A DNA stretch of 64,000 nt from Aquificaceae bacterium (GTDB lineage Bacteria > Aquificota > Aquificia > Aquificales > Aquificaceae). Within the stretch, counting starts at the first letter, position 1. The number at the start of each line of letters is the position of its first letter. Positions 27,262 to 35,747 of this stretch are shown here, in pieces. Both the position numbers and the translations under genes were made by a program. The notes below the pieces were generated by a model. The model was not told where the DNA came from and ran no database searches. It was given only the letters and a program-made list of their open reading frames with translations. Location: NCBI GenBank assembly GCA_039630345.1, contig JBCNVD010000034.1, positions 3,231-67,230 on the forward strand. The letters are read 5' to 3'.

Positions 27262-28326
27262 GTTTTTTTCTGTCCAAGATTAAAAAAGAGGTTTTGAGAT
27301 AGCTATTAAAGAGCACTATTTTATTAGCACTCTTTGTCTTTCAAGACTTTGCATTCAGGAGTTTGCTCTTTTGTGTCGATTTTTTAACACCTGGATGCCT
27401 GATCTGGAGTAGATGGGTAGTTTGAAGCCTATTTGGGAAATCTAGGTGCTATCTCAAGAGGGGTGGTTTTCAAAACTATTTAACAAAAAGCCACAAACAG
27501 TCAAAATTGCAGATAAACCTATAGAAGGCAAAAGTTCCAAGTTTGGCAAAGTTACCCTCTGTTAGCCAGCAAATACATTCAGGCTAGACCTGATACATTT
27601 TATCTTTCAGGATACCGAGTCTCCGACTCTAAAAATACGCCGGCCGCTCATGAAAACACAAGAGAAGCCAGAGCTTGCCACTCTGCCACAAAAATTAAGC
27701 CCGCAGCAATGCTTAGCCTAGGCATCACCGAGCCTTTGGAAATGGCTGTCTATTTACGAAAACATCAGGGCTTCCCTCTACTCTGGCTTTTTCAGACCAC
27801 AGCATCCTTATTCTGACAACTGCAGGCATTTTTATATCTCATGGGTTTAGGTATCATTAAGGCTTTGAGTATCATATTACCTACATGAGAATACCATCTT
27901 GACCGCTAATATTGAGCTTGTGGCTTGCCCTATTGTGCTCTATCTTTGTCTTGTTCTTGAACTGGATCATTTGTGTTTACCGTAAACACTATCCACTCAT
28001 AGAATACACAGTTTTCTGAAGGTCTGATGTCCTAAAGGAATTGGCAAAGGTCTGCATCTAATCTAATGCTTGCTTCAGGCTTACTTAGGATTTAAAAGAG
28101 CGCTTATGCTTTGGCAGTGTCTTTCAGAGCTCTACACAAATAGTATCTATTTCCATGTCTTTTATAACTTGCAGTTCTTTTGAATGTCTCCTGAAAACTA
28201 CCAGTGGTTTTCTGCACCTGCTTCTAAATTTTAAGAGAGTTGTCTTTACTGCCCAAGAACTCTGAACTATTTGCTTTGTGAAGTTATAAATGAGGCTGAG
28301 GCTTATATTGGTCTATATTTTCATGT

Positions 28327-28476
28327 ATGGAACTCGTAATAACCGTCCTACTTGGCTACTTCCTTGCACCACTTGTCCTGATAGCTTATGTCGTGGGCTT
28401 TTGGATAGCGGTTGCGATTGGTGTCATCTGGGTTGTTCTGACCGTGGTGGATTACCATAAAGCACGGCGAACTTAA
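28327..28476 (+). CDS. Possible small hydrophobic protein (49 aa), below the ORF-track cutoff
   Basis: Hand translation: 'MELVITVLLGYFLAPLVLIAYVVGFWIAVAIGVIWVVLTVVDYHKARRT*'. Two predicted TM helices and a basic C-terminus. No obvious SD. Confidence 0.25.
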   Translation: MELVITVLLGYFLAPLVLIAYVVGFWIAVAIGVIWVVLTVVDYHKARRT

Positions 28477-28756
28477 AAGGGCCAAAACTCTTGATAGGAG
28501 CTCTCCAAAGATTTAACCTATAGAGCTTAGCCTGCCGCAGATATTTAAACAAGCGCCTCATAGCTAAACCAATGCTTCAAAAGCGTTAAGACTAATTCTG
28601 CGCTGACAAAGGGTTGGTTTGCTTGACTACCTTGTATATCTGACTACCAGCTTATAGTAATGCACCATGAGGTTGAAGTTATTCTCCCCAAAATGCCAAG
28701 ACCTTTCATTTTTCTGGTTTTTTGTTAGGCCATAGGTAATTCTGCCATGATACAGC

Positions 28757-28972
28757 CTATTTCAGGATAAGACATTTCGTGGTTTTTATTGCCTCTGCTA
28801 TAAGGGCTTTTAACCTGCCTGTTGACAGAGGCGTAGGGTTGTCTAAAAAGCCTAAGAAGTCCATTGCAAAATCAGGTCTATGAGGCACAGAGCCTTTTTG
28901 GGTCGTAAGGATTATGCGGATGTTTTGTAAGACTGACCTTATGGTGTCTCGCTCTACAAGCGTCAGAGGCAT
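28757..28972 (-). pseudogene. Truncated GpW/gp25-like baseplate wedge protein (N-terminal ~65 aa only)
   Basis: 'IRSVLQNIRIILTTQKGSVPHRPDFAMDFLGFLDNP....LKALIAEAIK' matches the GPW_gp25 pattern (I..il.T..Ge....P.fG). The protein stops about 40-50 aa short. No spike, sheath or tube genes flank it. Confidence 0.55.
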
Positions 28973-29041
28973 GAGGATGAGTTTAGAAGGTCATGGAAAT
29001 GTTTCAAGCAAGGATTTCAGAGCTGGCTTATATTTTCTTTA

Positions 29042-29293
29042 GTGAACATAACAGAGGTCATAACAGTAATCTCAGCCCTGACGGTCCTTATAGGTATTGC
29101 AGTAAGCCTGTTAAACAAAAGGATTGATGACGCTAACAGAAGGATTGACGAGCTACGGCAGGATATGGATAGGAGGTTTCAGGAAGTTAACAATAAGATT
29201 GATAACCTAAGGCAAGAGTTAAAGGAAGAGATAAGAGAAATCCGCCAGCTTCTTTATAAGGTTCTGGAAGTTCCTCAGAAATTAGACAAATAA
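29042..29293 (+). CDS. Membrane-anchored coiled-coil protein (83 aa)
   Basis: GTG start. N-terminal TM 'VITVISALTVLIGIAVSLL' followed by heptad-rich 'RRIDELRQDMDRRFQEVNNKIDNLRQELKEEIREIRQLL'. Confidence 0.45.
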   Translation: MNITEVITVISALTVLIGIAVSLLNKRIDDANRRIDELRQDMDRRFQEVNNKIDNLRQELKEEIREIRQLLYKVLEVPQKLDK

Positions 29294-29643
29294 AACTTTC
29301 TCAGATGCTCTGGCAATAGTTCCGCAGGATATGTTCTATCGGCTATTTTTTCTAAATGCCACCACCAGTGCTCTAAAGGATGCAGTTTTGATTCGTAGTT
29401 GCCTCCCACTTTCTCTTTTAGAACTTTCTTAATCAGAGCTTTGTCTACCTCTACCACCTCTGGAAGATTTTCTATGCCAGCGGCTTTTATCTCGTCTCTT
29501 ACTTCAAGCCATGCAGGACCTGTGTGGTAATCCTGTGCATAGGAAATAAAAGTGCCATCATACATAGGCGTAATCGCTGCCTGCCAGTCTTCTATCAGTT
29601 CTCTATAGTATTCTGACAGTTGCCCTTCCTTTTTTGACTGCAT
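29275..29643 (-). CDS. Hypothetical protein (122 aa), Trp/His-rich C-terminus
   Basis: The only intact ORF over 100 aa in the ORF-poor segment. 'LHPLEHWWWHLEKIADRTYPAELLPEH'. I recognise no family. Confidence 0.45.
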   Translation of the reverse strand: MQSKKEGQLSEYYRELIEDWQAAITPMYDGTFISYAQDYHTGPAWLEVRDEIKAAGIENLPEVVEVDKALIKKVLKEKVGGNYESKLHPLEHWWWHLEKIADRTYPAELLPEHLRKFYLSNF

Positions 29644-30067
29644 CGTTGAGCCATTCCTTTAAAAGATAATATAAGCTCATAGTTGGATTTAATGCTAACC
29701 TATCACTTCTGATGAAGATGTAATCTGTGCTCCCATCTACGAATTTGTCTGGTTTTTATATAATGTTATACAAAGCATTCAGGTATTCCACTGGGTCTTT
29801 ATGACCGAGTTTCTTTGCATTCTTATTCATTTGTCTCTGTGTCTCTTTCCCTAGCTACTTCCTAAATGAGTTATAATCCTATTTTCTATCTCTTCAGGCT
29901 TTATATCTCTCAGCCTAGCTTAAGCACAGCCGTAGGCAGTCATAGTCCTCTACATGCGCCACTATCCTGCATCTGCTTTAATTTCTCAAAAAATCTGCAA
30001 CACATTTTGGGAGATACATGGACTTTGCGAAACATACAGGGAAATCCTTAAATACAATCTGCATTAG

Positions 30068-30083
30068 AGTGTTGCATATTTTT
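30068..30083 (+). repeat. 16-nt direct repeat copy 1 ('agtgttgcatattttt')
   Basis: An identical 16-mer recurs at 30557-30572. The embedded 'TTGCAT' could be a -35-like element. Confidence 0.6.
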
Positions 30084-30556
30084 AGCAATTTTGAATATTT
30101 CGCTACCCTTTCAAGGCTTTTAATATCAAGGCTTTTACAACATCGGGTTTCTAAAAAAATCTGCACACTTTAATGTGATAAATCGCTAAAACTGCGCGGG
30201 ATGAATGGGCTTTATGCAAAACGGCAAATTTATCAAAATAAACACTTGCCCTGAAAAGGAAGCTTTAGTAGCTTACCGAGATAGCATTTTTCTAAATTTA
30301 GACTTTTTCAGCTTGGTGGGTGTTAGCGTGCGCTTGTTTTATGAGTTCAAACTGCTCTTATTTAAACAATAATAGCTGCCTTGCTAGGACAGGCCTCAGT
30401 AGTTTCACAGTTTGTATTCAGCTCTCATTATTTGCCTGATTGTCTTGATGTCTTTGAATGTAGCCCATGTGGGTTTTCTCTTATATATGTTTCACAAACT
30501 TGCGCCTTTGACCCTCTGTCAATTCATCAGTATTTTTTGTAAGTTTATCACTTTTA

Positions 30557-30572
30557 AGTGTTGCATATTTTT
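30557..30572 (+). repeat. 16-nt direct repeat copy 2 ('agtgttgcatattttt')
   Basis: Identical to 30068-30083. Lies 93 nt upstream of tRNA-Leu. Confidence 0.6.
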
Positions 30573-30604
30573 TTAAAAGTTCGTAAACTTATTGATAGCC
30601 AATA

Positions 30605-30634
30605 TTGTCAAAAATAAAAAGTGCTGAGTATTTT
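30605..30634 (+). promoter_or_regulatory. Possible promoter of tRNA-Leu
   Basis: 'TTGTCA' - 18 nt - 'TATTTT', about 30 nt upstream of the mature tRNA 5' end. Confidence 0.3.
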
Positions 30635-30664
30635 TGAGAAAGTTGAGGTTCGGAAGATAACAAA

Positions 30665-30748
30665 GCCGGAGTGGCGGAATTGGCAGACGCAGGGGATTCA
30701 AAATCCCCCGCCCGCAAGGGCGTGTGGGTTCGACTCCCACCTCCGGCA
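30665..30748 (+). tRNA. tRNA-Leu (CAA), long variable arm
   Basis: Acceptor gccggag/ctccggc, anticodon stem gggga/tcccc with loop ttCAAaa, variable arm 'cgcccgcaagggcgtg', T arm tgggt-tcgactc-ccac region. CCA is not encoded. Confidence 0.9.
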
Positions 30749-30760
30749 TAAACTTAAAGC

Positions 30761-31414
30761 ATGGAAAGAGTGATAGTTTTACTCTCTGGTGGTATGGATA
30801 GCGCCGTGCTTTTATGGCTTTGCAGGCAAAAATTCAACGAAGTTTTTGCAATTTCTTTTGATTATGGTCAAAGACACTCTGTTGAACTAAAATATGCCAA
30901 AGAGCTTGCGAAGATTGCTGATGTTTTAGAGCATATAATAGTGAAACTTCCGCATTATAGCCTTCTTAGTGCTTCCGCTTTGCTAAGTTCAGAGATGGAT
31001 TTGTCTAACTATAGCCACGATGGCGTGCCTCAAACGTATGTGCCTATGAGAAATTTAATCTTTATATCGATTGCAAGCGCATTTGCGGACGAAAAATCAA
31101 TTCAAAACATAGCAATAGGCGTTCATGCTCTTGATAGTCCCTATCCTGATTGCAGGCCAGAGTTTATAACATCTGCCGAGGCTGCTATCAATGCAGGCTC
31201 ATCGTATGTTTTCAAAACAAAGCGCAGGATTTCAATCTTTGCGCCGTTTCTTGGCATGACAAAGGCTGAAATCGCAAATCTTGGCAAGAGTCTAAAAGTT
31301 CCTTTTGAGATGACATATTCTTGCTATGCAGGCACTGAGCCACCCTGCGGAAAATGTCTGGCTTGTATGCAAAGAGAGAGAGCTCTTCTTGAGGCCGGGG
31401 TTATTCTACAGTAA
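30761..31414 (+). CDS. queC: 7-cyano-7-deazaguanine synthase
   Basis: PP-loop 'VLLSGGMDSAV', C-terminal Zn cluster 'SCY....PCGKCLAC'. Confidence 0.9.
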   Translation: MERVIVLLSGGMDSAVLLWLCRQKFNEVFAISFDYGQRHSVELKYAKELAKIADVLEHIIVKLPHYSLLSASALLSSEMDLSNYSHDGVPQTYVPMRNLIFISIASAFADEKSIQNIAIGVHALDSPYPDCRPEFITSAEAAINAGSSYVFKTKRRISIFAPFLGMTKAEIANLGKSLKVPFEMTYSCYAGTEPPCGKCLACMQRERALLEAGVILQ

Positions 31415-33173
31415 CTGTTTTGGCAAGGTTTCTAGGCTGGTCTACATCAAGTCCAAGATGGTCGGCTATATAATATGCAATTAGCTGAAGCGGAACTATT
31501 GTTATAAAGGGAGTTAGAAATTCTTCTGTTTTCGGTATTTCAATCATATAGTTACTTATGGATGATAGCTTCTGGTCGCCTTTAAAGCCTATTGTTATTA
31601 GTTGTCCTCTCCTTGCCAGAACCTCTTCTAAATTTGACAAAACTTTTTCATAAACTCTATCCTGAACTGCAATGGCAAAAACCGGCATTTTCTCGTCAAT
31701 TAGAGCAATTGGACCGTGCTTCATTTCCCCTGCGGGTAGCCCCTCTGCGTGGATATATGAAATTTCTTTTAGCTTTAGAGCTCCTTCAAGAGCAATAGGG
31801 TAATTTATATACCTGCCTATGTATAAGGCGTTTTTGACCTGTGAAATTTTAGGCGCAAAGGCTTTTATTTTCTCACCAATACTTAAAACATCTTCAATAA
31901 GCCCGGGGATTGCAGAGAGTTTCTGTCTAAGCGACTTATCCTTTCCCTGGGTTGATAGATAGTAAAGTGCAACCAGCTGTGCAATGAAGGTCTTGGTTGC
32001 GGCAACCCCTATTTCAGGTCCTGCATTGGTATAGAGGGTAAAATCTGATTCTCTATCGAGCGCGCTCCCAACTACATTAACAACCGAAAGAAGGCTGGCC
32101 CCTCTCTCTTTGGCGCTAAGGGCTGCAAATCTTGTGTCTGCGGTCTCGCCTGATTGAGATATGGCTATTACCAGGTCATTTACCCCTATGGGCTCGTCGC
32201 TATAGCGTAGCTCTGAGGCGTGATAAACTTCAGAGGGTATTTCCTGAAATTTTGATATCCAGTTTTTGGCAACCATAGCGGCATGGAGTGAAGTGCCGCA
32301 GGCTACAAAAACGACCCTTTTAAAATCTTTTAAATTAAAAGAGAGCTCGCTTTCGCGAGATACAAGGCCTCTTATGGTGTCTGAGACGACCCTTGGCTGT
32401 TCGTTTATCTCCTTTAGCATAAAGTGTTTAAAACCGCCTTTTTCAGCCGATATTACATCCCACTGGATATAGATAACATCTCTGGTAACAGGGCTTAAAT
32501 CCTCTGCATAGATTGAAACCCCGTCAGGTCTTAAGTCAACGAGCTCTCCTTCGCTAAGCGGAATTACCCTTCGGGTAAAGGATAGCAAAGCGGGAATATC
32601 AGAGGCAAGGAAGTTTTCATTTTCGCCAAGTCCAACCACCAGAGGGCTTGAACGCCTGAATGCAACTATCCTCTCAGGCTCATGGGTTGACAAAACGGCA
32701 AAGGCAAAGGCGCCTTCGAGCATCTTTGTAACTTTGTGGGTTGCTTCAAGGAGGTCTCCTCTGTAATTTAGAGCTATTAAATGAGCTATTGCTTCTGTGT
32801 CTGTTTGAGAGCGGTATTCAATCCCCTGAGAAGTTAGCCAATCCTTTAGCTGGCGGTAGTTTTCAACAATCCCGTTGTGAACAACTGCGAAATTGCCCTT
32901 TGAGTCTGAATGCGGGTGAGCGTTTAGCTCACAAACCTGACCGTGAGTTGCCCATCTTGTGTGACCTATGCCTGCCTTTGCTTTTGTTTTTTTGCCCCAA
33001 AGGCTCTTTATGAGCTCTCTGATTTTGCCTGTTTTTTTCTCTATAAAGAGCTCTCCATCTTCTACCAGGGCAACGCCCGAGGAGTCATAGCCTCTATATT
33101 CAAGCTTTTCGAGGGCTTCGAGTAAAACCAGAAGTGTTGGACCAGAACCTACATAACCAACGATTCCGCACAT
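31401..33173 (-). CDS. glmS: Glutamine--fructose-6-phosphate aminotransferase
   Basis: Start at the ATG at 33173 giving 'MCGIVGYVG' (Ntn Cys2). Two SIS domains, ending '...LAKTVTVE'. The 43 upstream codons in the ORF track are not part of the gene. Confidence 0.9.
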   Translation of the reverse strand: MCGIVGYVGSGPTLLVLLEALEKLEYRGYDSSGVALVEDGELFIEKKTGKIRELIKSLWGKKTKAKAGIGHTRWATHGQVCELNAHPHSDSKGNFAVVHNGIVENYRQLKDWLTSQGIEYRSQTDTEAIAHLIALNYRGDLLEATHKVTKMLEGAFAFAVLSTHEPERIVAFRRSSPLVVGLGENENFLASDIPALLSFTRRVIPLSEGELVDLRPDGVSIYAEDLSPVTRDVIYIQWDVISAEKGGFKHFMLKEINEQPRVVSDTIRGLVSRESELSFNLKDFKRVVFVACGTSLHAAMVAKNWISKFQEIPSEVYHASELRYSDEPIGVNDLVIAISQSGETADTRFAALSAKERGASLLSVVNVVGSALDRESDFTLYTNAGPEIGVAATKTFIAQLVALYYLSTQGKDKSLRQKLSAIPGLIEDVLSIGEKIKAFAPKISQVKNALYIGRYINYPIALEGALKLKEISYIHAEGLPAGEMKHGPIALIDEKMPVFAIAVQDRVYEKVLSNLEEVLARRGQLITIGFKGDQKLSSISNYMIEIPKTEEFLTPFITIVPLQLIAYYIADHLGLDVDQPRNLAKTVTVE

Positions 33174-33185
33174 TTTATTTATGTT

Positions 33186-33204
33186 AGCGCCCTTAAAGGG
33201 CGCT
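33186..33204. terminator. Palindromic hairpin after the peroxiredoxin gene
   Basis: 'agcgccc-ttaaa-gggcgct'. The T/A run lies only on one side (plus-strand 'tttaaaaaaa'), so terminator function on the minus strand is uncertain. Confidence 0.35.
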
Positions 33205-33214
33205 TTTAAAAAAA

Positions 33215-33814
33215 TTATGAGCTTAGAGCTTCGTAGACTTTTCCGACGAGAGATTCTGATGGCTTTAGGGTTTTCTCCCCTTCTTTCCAGCTTGCAGGGC
33301 AAGCCTCATCCGGATGGCTCATTAAGTAGAAGTTTGCTTTCATCTTTCTAACGAGCTCTTCTGCGTTCCTTCCGACATTGTAGAAGTTTATTTCAGAGCC
33401 TACCAAAACCCCATCCGGGTTTATTATGAAAGTTCCCCTTAGAGCCAAGCCTGTAGATTCATCGTAGACTCCAAAGAGTCTTGAGATATTACCGGTTGGG
33501 TCTGCACCCATGAGGTATTTGACATTTTCAAGGAGCTTTTCTGTCTTTTGCCATGCAAGGTGGGTGAATTTAGTGTCTGTGGAGACAGAAATCACATGAA
33601 CGCCCATTTTTTCGAGCTCTTCCTGATATTTGGCAAGGTCGGCAAGCTCTGTTGGGCAGACAAAGGTAAAGTCAGCAGGGTAAAACACAAGAACGGTCCA
33701 CTTTCGCTCTTTTTTAGCATCTTCGAGCGAAAACTTGGTAAAGGTGCCAGACTTTGGATCGTAGCAATCCATTTCAAACTGTGGGACCTGTTGCCCTATT
33801 TTGACCTGGTTCAT
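33215..33814 (-). CDS. Typical 2-Cys peroxiredoxin (AhpC/Prx1 type)
   Basis: 'FYPADFTFVCPTE' peroxidatic Cys. C-terminal resolving Cys 'EACPASW'. Confidence 0.85.
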   Translation of the reverse strand: MNQVKIGQQVPQFEMDCYDPKSGTFTKFSLEDAKKERKWTVLVFYPADFTFVCPTELADLAKYQEELEKMGVHVISVSTDTKFTHLAWQKTEKLLENVKYLMGADPTGNISRLFGVYDESTGLALRGTFIINPDGVLVGSEINFYNVGRNAEELVRKMKANFYLMSHPDEACPASWKEGEKTLKPSESLVGKVYEALSS

Positions 33815-33877
33815 TTTACACCTCCTTGCGATTTTTTATCAGTTAAGATTTTATCACTACTTAAGGAGGTTTTTAAG

Positions 33878-34195
33878 ATGTTTAATGTGCCAGAGGTTAG
33901 CCCATCAAAGGCAAAAGAGCTTTTATCTTCAGGAGCGGTGCTTATAGATGTCAGAACCCCGCAAGAGCATTTTCAGCTTAGAATTCCTGACTGTAAACTT
34001 ATGCCACTTGACGAGCTTAGATTTACCTTTAAAGAGCTCTCTAAGGAAAAAGTTTATGTAATTTATTGCAGAAGCGGCGAAAGAAGCGCCTTTGCGACTT
34101 ACTTTTTAAGGCAGATGGGATTTGAGGCCTATAACCTATCAGGGGGCATTATAAATTGGCCATACGAAAAGGAGTCTGGACCGCCCTCTTCTTAG
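33878..34195 (+). CDS. Single-domain rhodanese sulfurtransferase
   Basis: Start at the ATG at 33878 with SD 'aaggagg'. Active-site loop 'CRSGERS'. 105 aa. Confidence 0.8.
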   Translation: MFNVPEVSPSKAKELLSSGAVLIDVRTPQEHFQLRIPDCKLMPLDELRFTFKELSKEKVYVIYCRSGERSAFATYFLRQMGFEAYNLSGGIINWPYEKESGPPSS

Positions 34196-34869
34196 GGTTT
34201 ATACTCTCTTGCGGGGTAAAGTCTGACACAAAACCATTAAAACCTCCACAGTTTGAATTTTACAGAATAGGCAGGAGCGTCTTTATAAGACCTCTTGAAG
34301 AAGGAATAGTTGCGGATGGATTTTCAAAACTTGGACCTTATTTAGTGGTTCAAAACGAGGAGGCTTTTTGTTTTGTGGTTAGAAATAAGAGCTCTGGTTT
34401 AAAAAAGTGTGTAAATAGAGCAAACACAGAAATTCCCCGCTATAGCATTCAGAGATTAAACGGCTTTAGCTACATCAGACCTGCCGGTGAGGGGGAGTTT
34501 TTGCTCTTTAGATTAAAAGACGGGATGGTATCCCTTGAGAAGGGCATGAGAGTTTCAGAGCCATTGAGTTTTGGATGTTTCTGGCTTGTTAAAAAGTCTC
34601 AAGAGGGTTTTAGTCAGCCTGCGGAGTTTTGCATAGAGCCGGATTTGCCAAAAGAGGTCAGCAATGTCCAGATATTTACCGCGTGGGGCAAGAAGTTCAT
34701 AAGCTGGAGCTACGAGGGGGATTATCTAAAGTTTGTGATTTTGCTTGATGGTAAAGAGGTTTACTCAACTACAGGGTTTTATGCGCCATTTTTTGAAGGT
34801 GGGGAGCTATCCATTCAGGTTATTGGCATAAACGGCGAGCGAGGGAGACCTTTAAAGGTTTATCCCTGA
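34156..34869 (+). CDS. Hypothetical lipoprotein
   Basis: Lipobox 'GFILSCG' near the N-terminus. No recognisable family. The start (TTG at 34156) is uncertain. Confidence 0.45.
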   Translation: MAIRKGVWTALFLGFILSCGVKSDTKPLKPPQFEFYRIGRSVFIRPLEEGIVADGFSKLGPYLVVQNEEAFCFVVRNKSSGLKKCVNRANTEIPRYSIQRLNGFSYIRPAGEGEFLLFRLKDGMVSLEKGMRVSEPLSFGCFWLVKKSQEGFSQPAEFCIEPDLPKEVSNVQIFTAWGKKFISWSYEGDYLKFVILLDGKEVYSTTGFYAPFFEGGELSIQVIGINGERGRPLKVYP

Positions 34870-34880
34870 AAAGGGGGGTA

Positions 34881-34901
34881 GCGGGGGGAATTTCCCCCCG
34901 C
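34881..34901. terminator. G6/C6 palindromic hairpin between convergent genes
   Basis: 'gcgggggg-aattt-ccccccgc'. Same G6-AAnnTT-C6 core as the hairpin at 7049-7075. Confidence 0.5.
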
Positions 34902-34904
34902 GCT

Positions 34905-35747
34905 TTAGATTATAAGAAGAATAAAGAGCCAGAGAGTTATTCCGATGGTGCTTGAGGTTATCGCAAGCTGATAGTTGTGGCCAAATTTCAAAATAAGAGC
35001 GCTTGCTGTTAGCATCGTTGGCATTGAGGATTCAAGGACGCAAACCTTTAAAGCTGTGGCAGGAAGCCCCAAAGCAGTGGCAATCAAGAAGGCAAAAAGA
35101 GGCGAGATGAGGATTTTTATCCCAAGAGCCATAGCGAGGAGTTTTAAGTTAGCAGGTTCAAACCTAAGACCAAGACCGAGCGCAAAAAGAACCACAGGCA
35201 TCAAGGGAGATATCAAAAACTCCACAAGATGACTGAGCACAGGATAGAGCCCAAGGGGTCTTAGGAATATTCCCAGTAAAAAGCCTATAAAAGGCGGGAA
35301 GAGAAGTGGGGTTTTGAGATCTGGCTTTCCCGATAGCACCATAATGCCAAGGGTTGAAATGGCAAGGAAAGAGCCAAGCCCGTCATATATCACTGCATAG
35401 GGCAGATAGCTTTCTCCTAGCAACGAAATAGTTAGGGGAAAGCCAAGAAAAGCCGTATTGCCAAAGGAGGACACTACTATAAAGCTCTTTTCGTCTGACT
35501 TTTCAAGGCGCATGGATTTTGCAACCAAATAAGATGTAAGAACGCACAAAGATATGGTCAAATAAGCGCATATGGCTATTTTGATATTTTGGGTGTTTAT
35601 TGGTATTGTAGAGGAGGTTTTAAAACTCAGGGCTGGTAAGCTTAGATAAATTACAAAATTTATTAAGGTTTTGGCATCCTCTTTGGTAAAGATTTTTTTA
35701 AGTCCAAGGATAAAACCAAGGATTAAAGGGATATATATTTCAAGCAC
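34905..35747 (-). CDS. AEC (auxin efflux carrier) family permease
   Basis: 280 aa, about 8-10 TM segments, 'LSLPALSF', 'NTAFLGFPL'. Confidence 0.65.
   Translation of the reverse strand: MLEIYIPLILGFILGLKKIFTKEDAKTLINFVIYLSLPALSFKTSSTIPINTQNIKIAICAYLTISLCVLTSYLVAKSMRLEKSDEKSFIVVSSFGNTAFLGFPLTISLLGESYLPYAVIYDGLGSFLAISTLGIMVLSGKPDLKTPLLFPPFIGFLLGIFLRPLGLYPVLSHLVEFLISPLMPVVLFALGLGLRFEPANLKLLAMALGIKILISPLFAFLIATALGLPATALKVCVLESSMPTMLTASALILKFGHNYQLAITSSTIGITLWLFILLII

Larger units (their letters stand above)
27262..30660. other. ORF-poor 3.4 kb segment, probably a decayed phage/tailocin-type insertion next to tRNA-Leu
   Basis: No ORF of 60 aa or more in any frame across 27262-28756 and none credible across 29644-30660, in a genome whose neighbouring genes overlap. 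It contains a truncated gp25-like gene, frameshifted fragments and short repeats. Confidence 0.5.

Noticed and set aside
29866-30166. Two mutually overlapping ORFs (61 aa plus, 62 aa minus) in the ORF-poor segment
   Set aside because: They have Cys/Phe/Leu-rich, non-protein-like composition and no SD, and they overlap each other antisense. The region is dominated by short DNA repeats instead.
27262-30760. Classical tRNA-targeted prophage with att direct repeats of the tRNA-Leu 3' end
   Set aside because: The ORF-poor DNA lies on the 5' side of the tRNA, queC starts 12 nt after the tRNA 3' end, and I found no partial copy of the tRNA sequence at the yraN-proximal border. No integrase ORF is present.
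33174-33302. N-terminal 43-codon extension of glmS in the ORF track
   Set aside because: GlmS must begin Met-Cys (Ntn amidotransferase). 'MCGIVGY' starts at 33173, and the extension overlaps the peroxiredoxin gene's 3' end.
33548-33877. N-terminal 110 codons of the 215-aa ORF containing the rhodanese
   Set aside because: They are antisense to the peroxiredoxin gene. A strong SD and ATG at 33878 give a normal 105-aa rhodanese.
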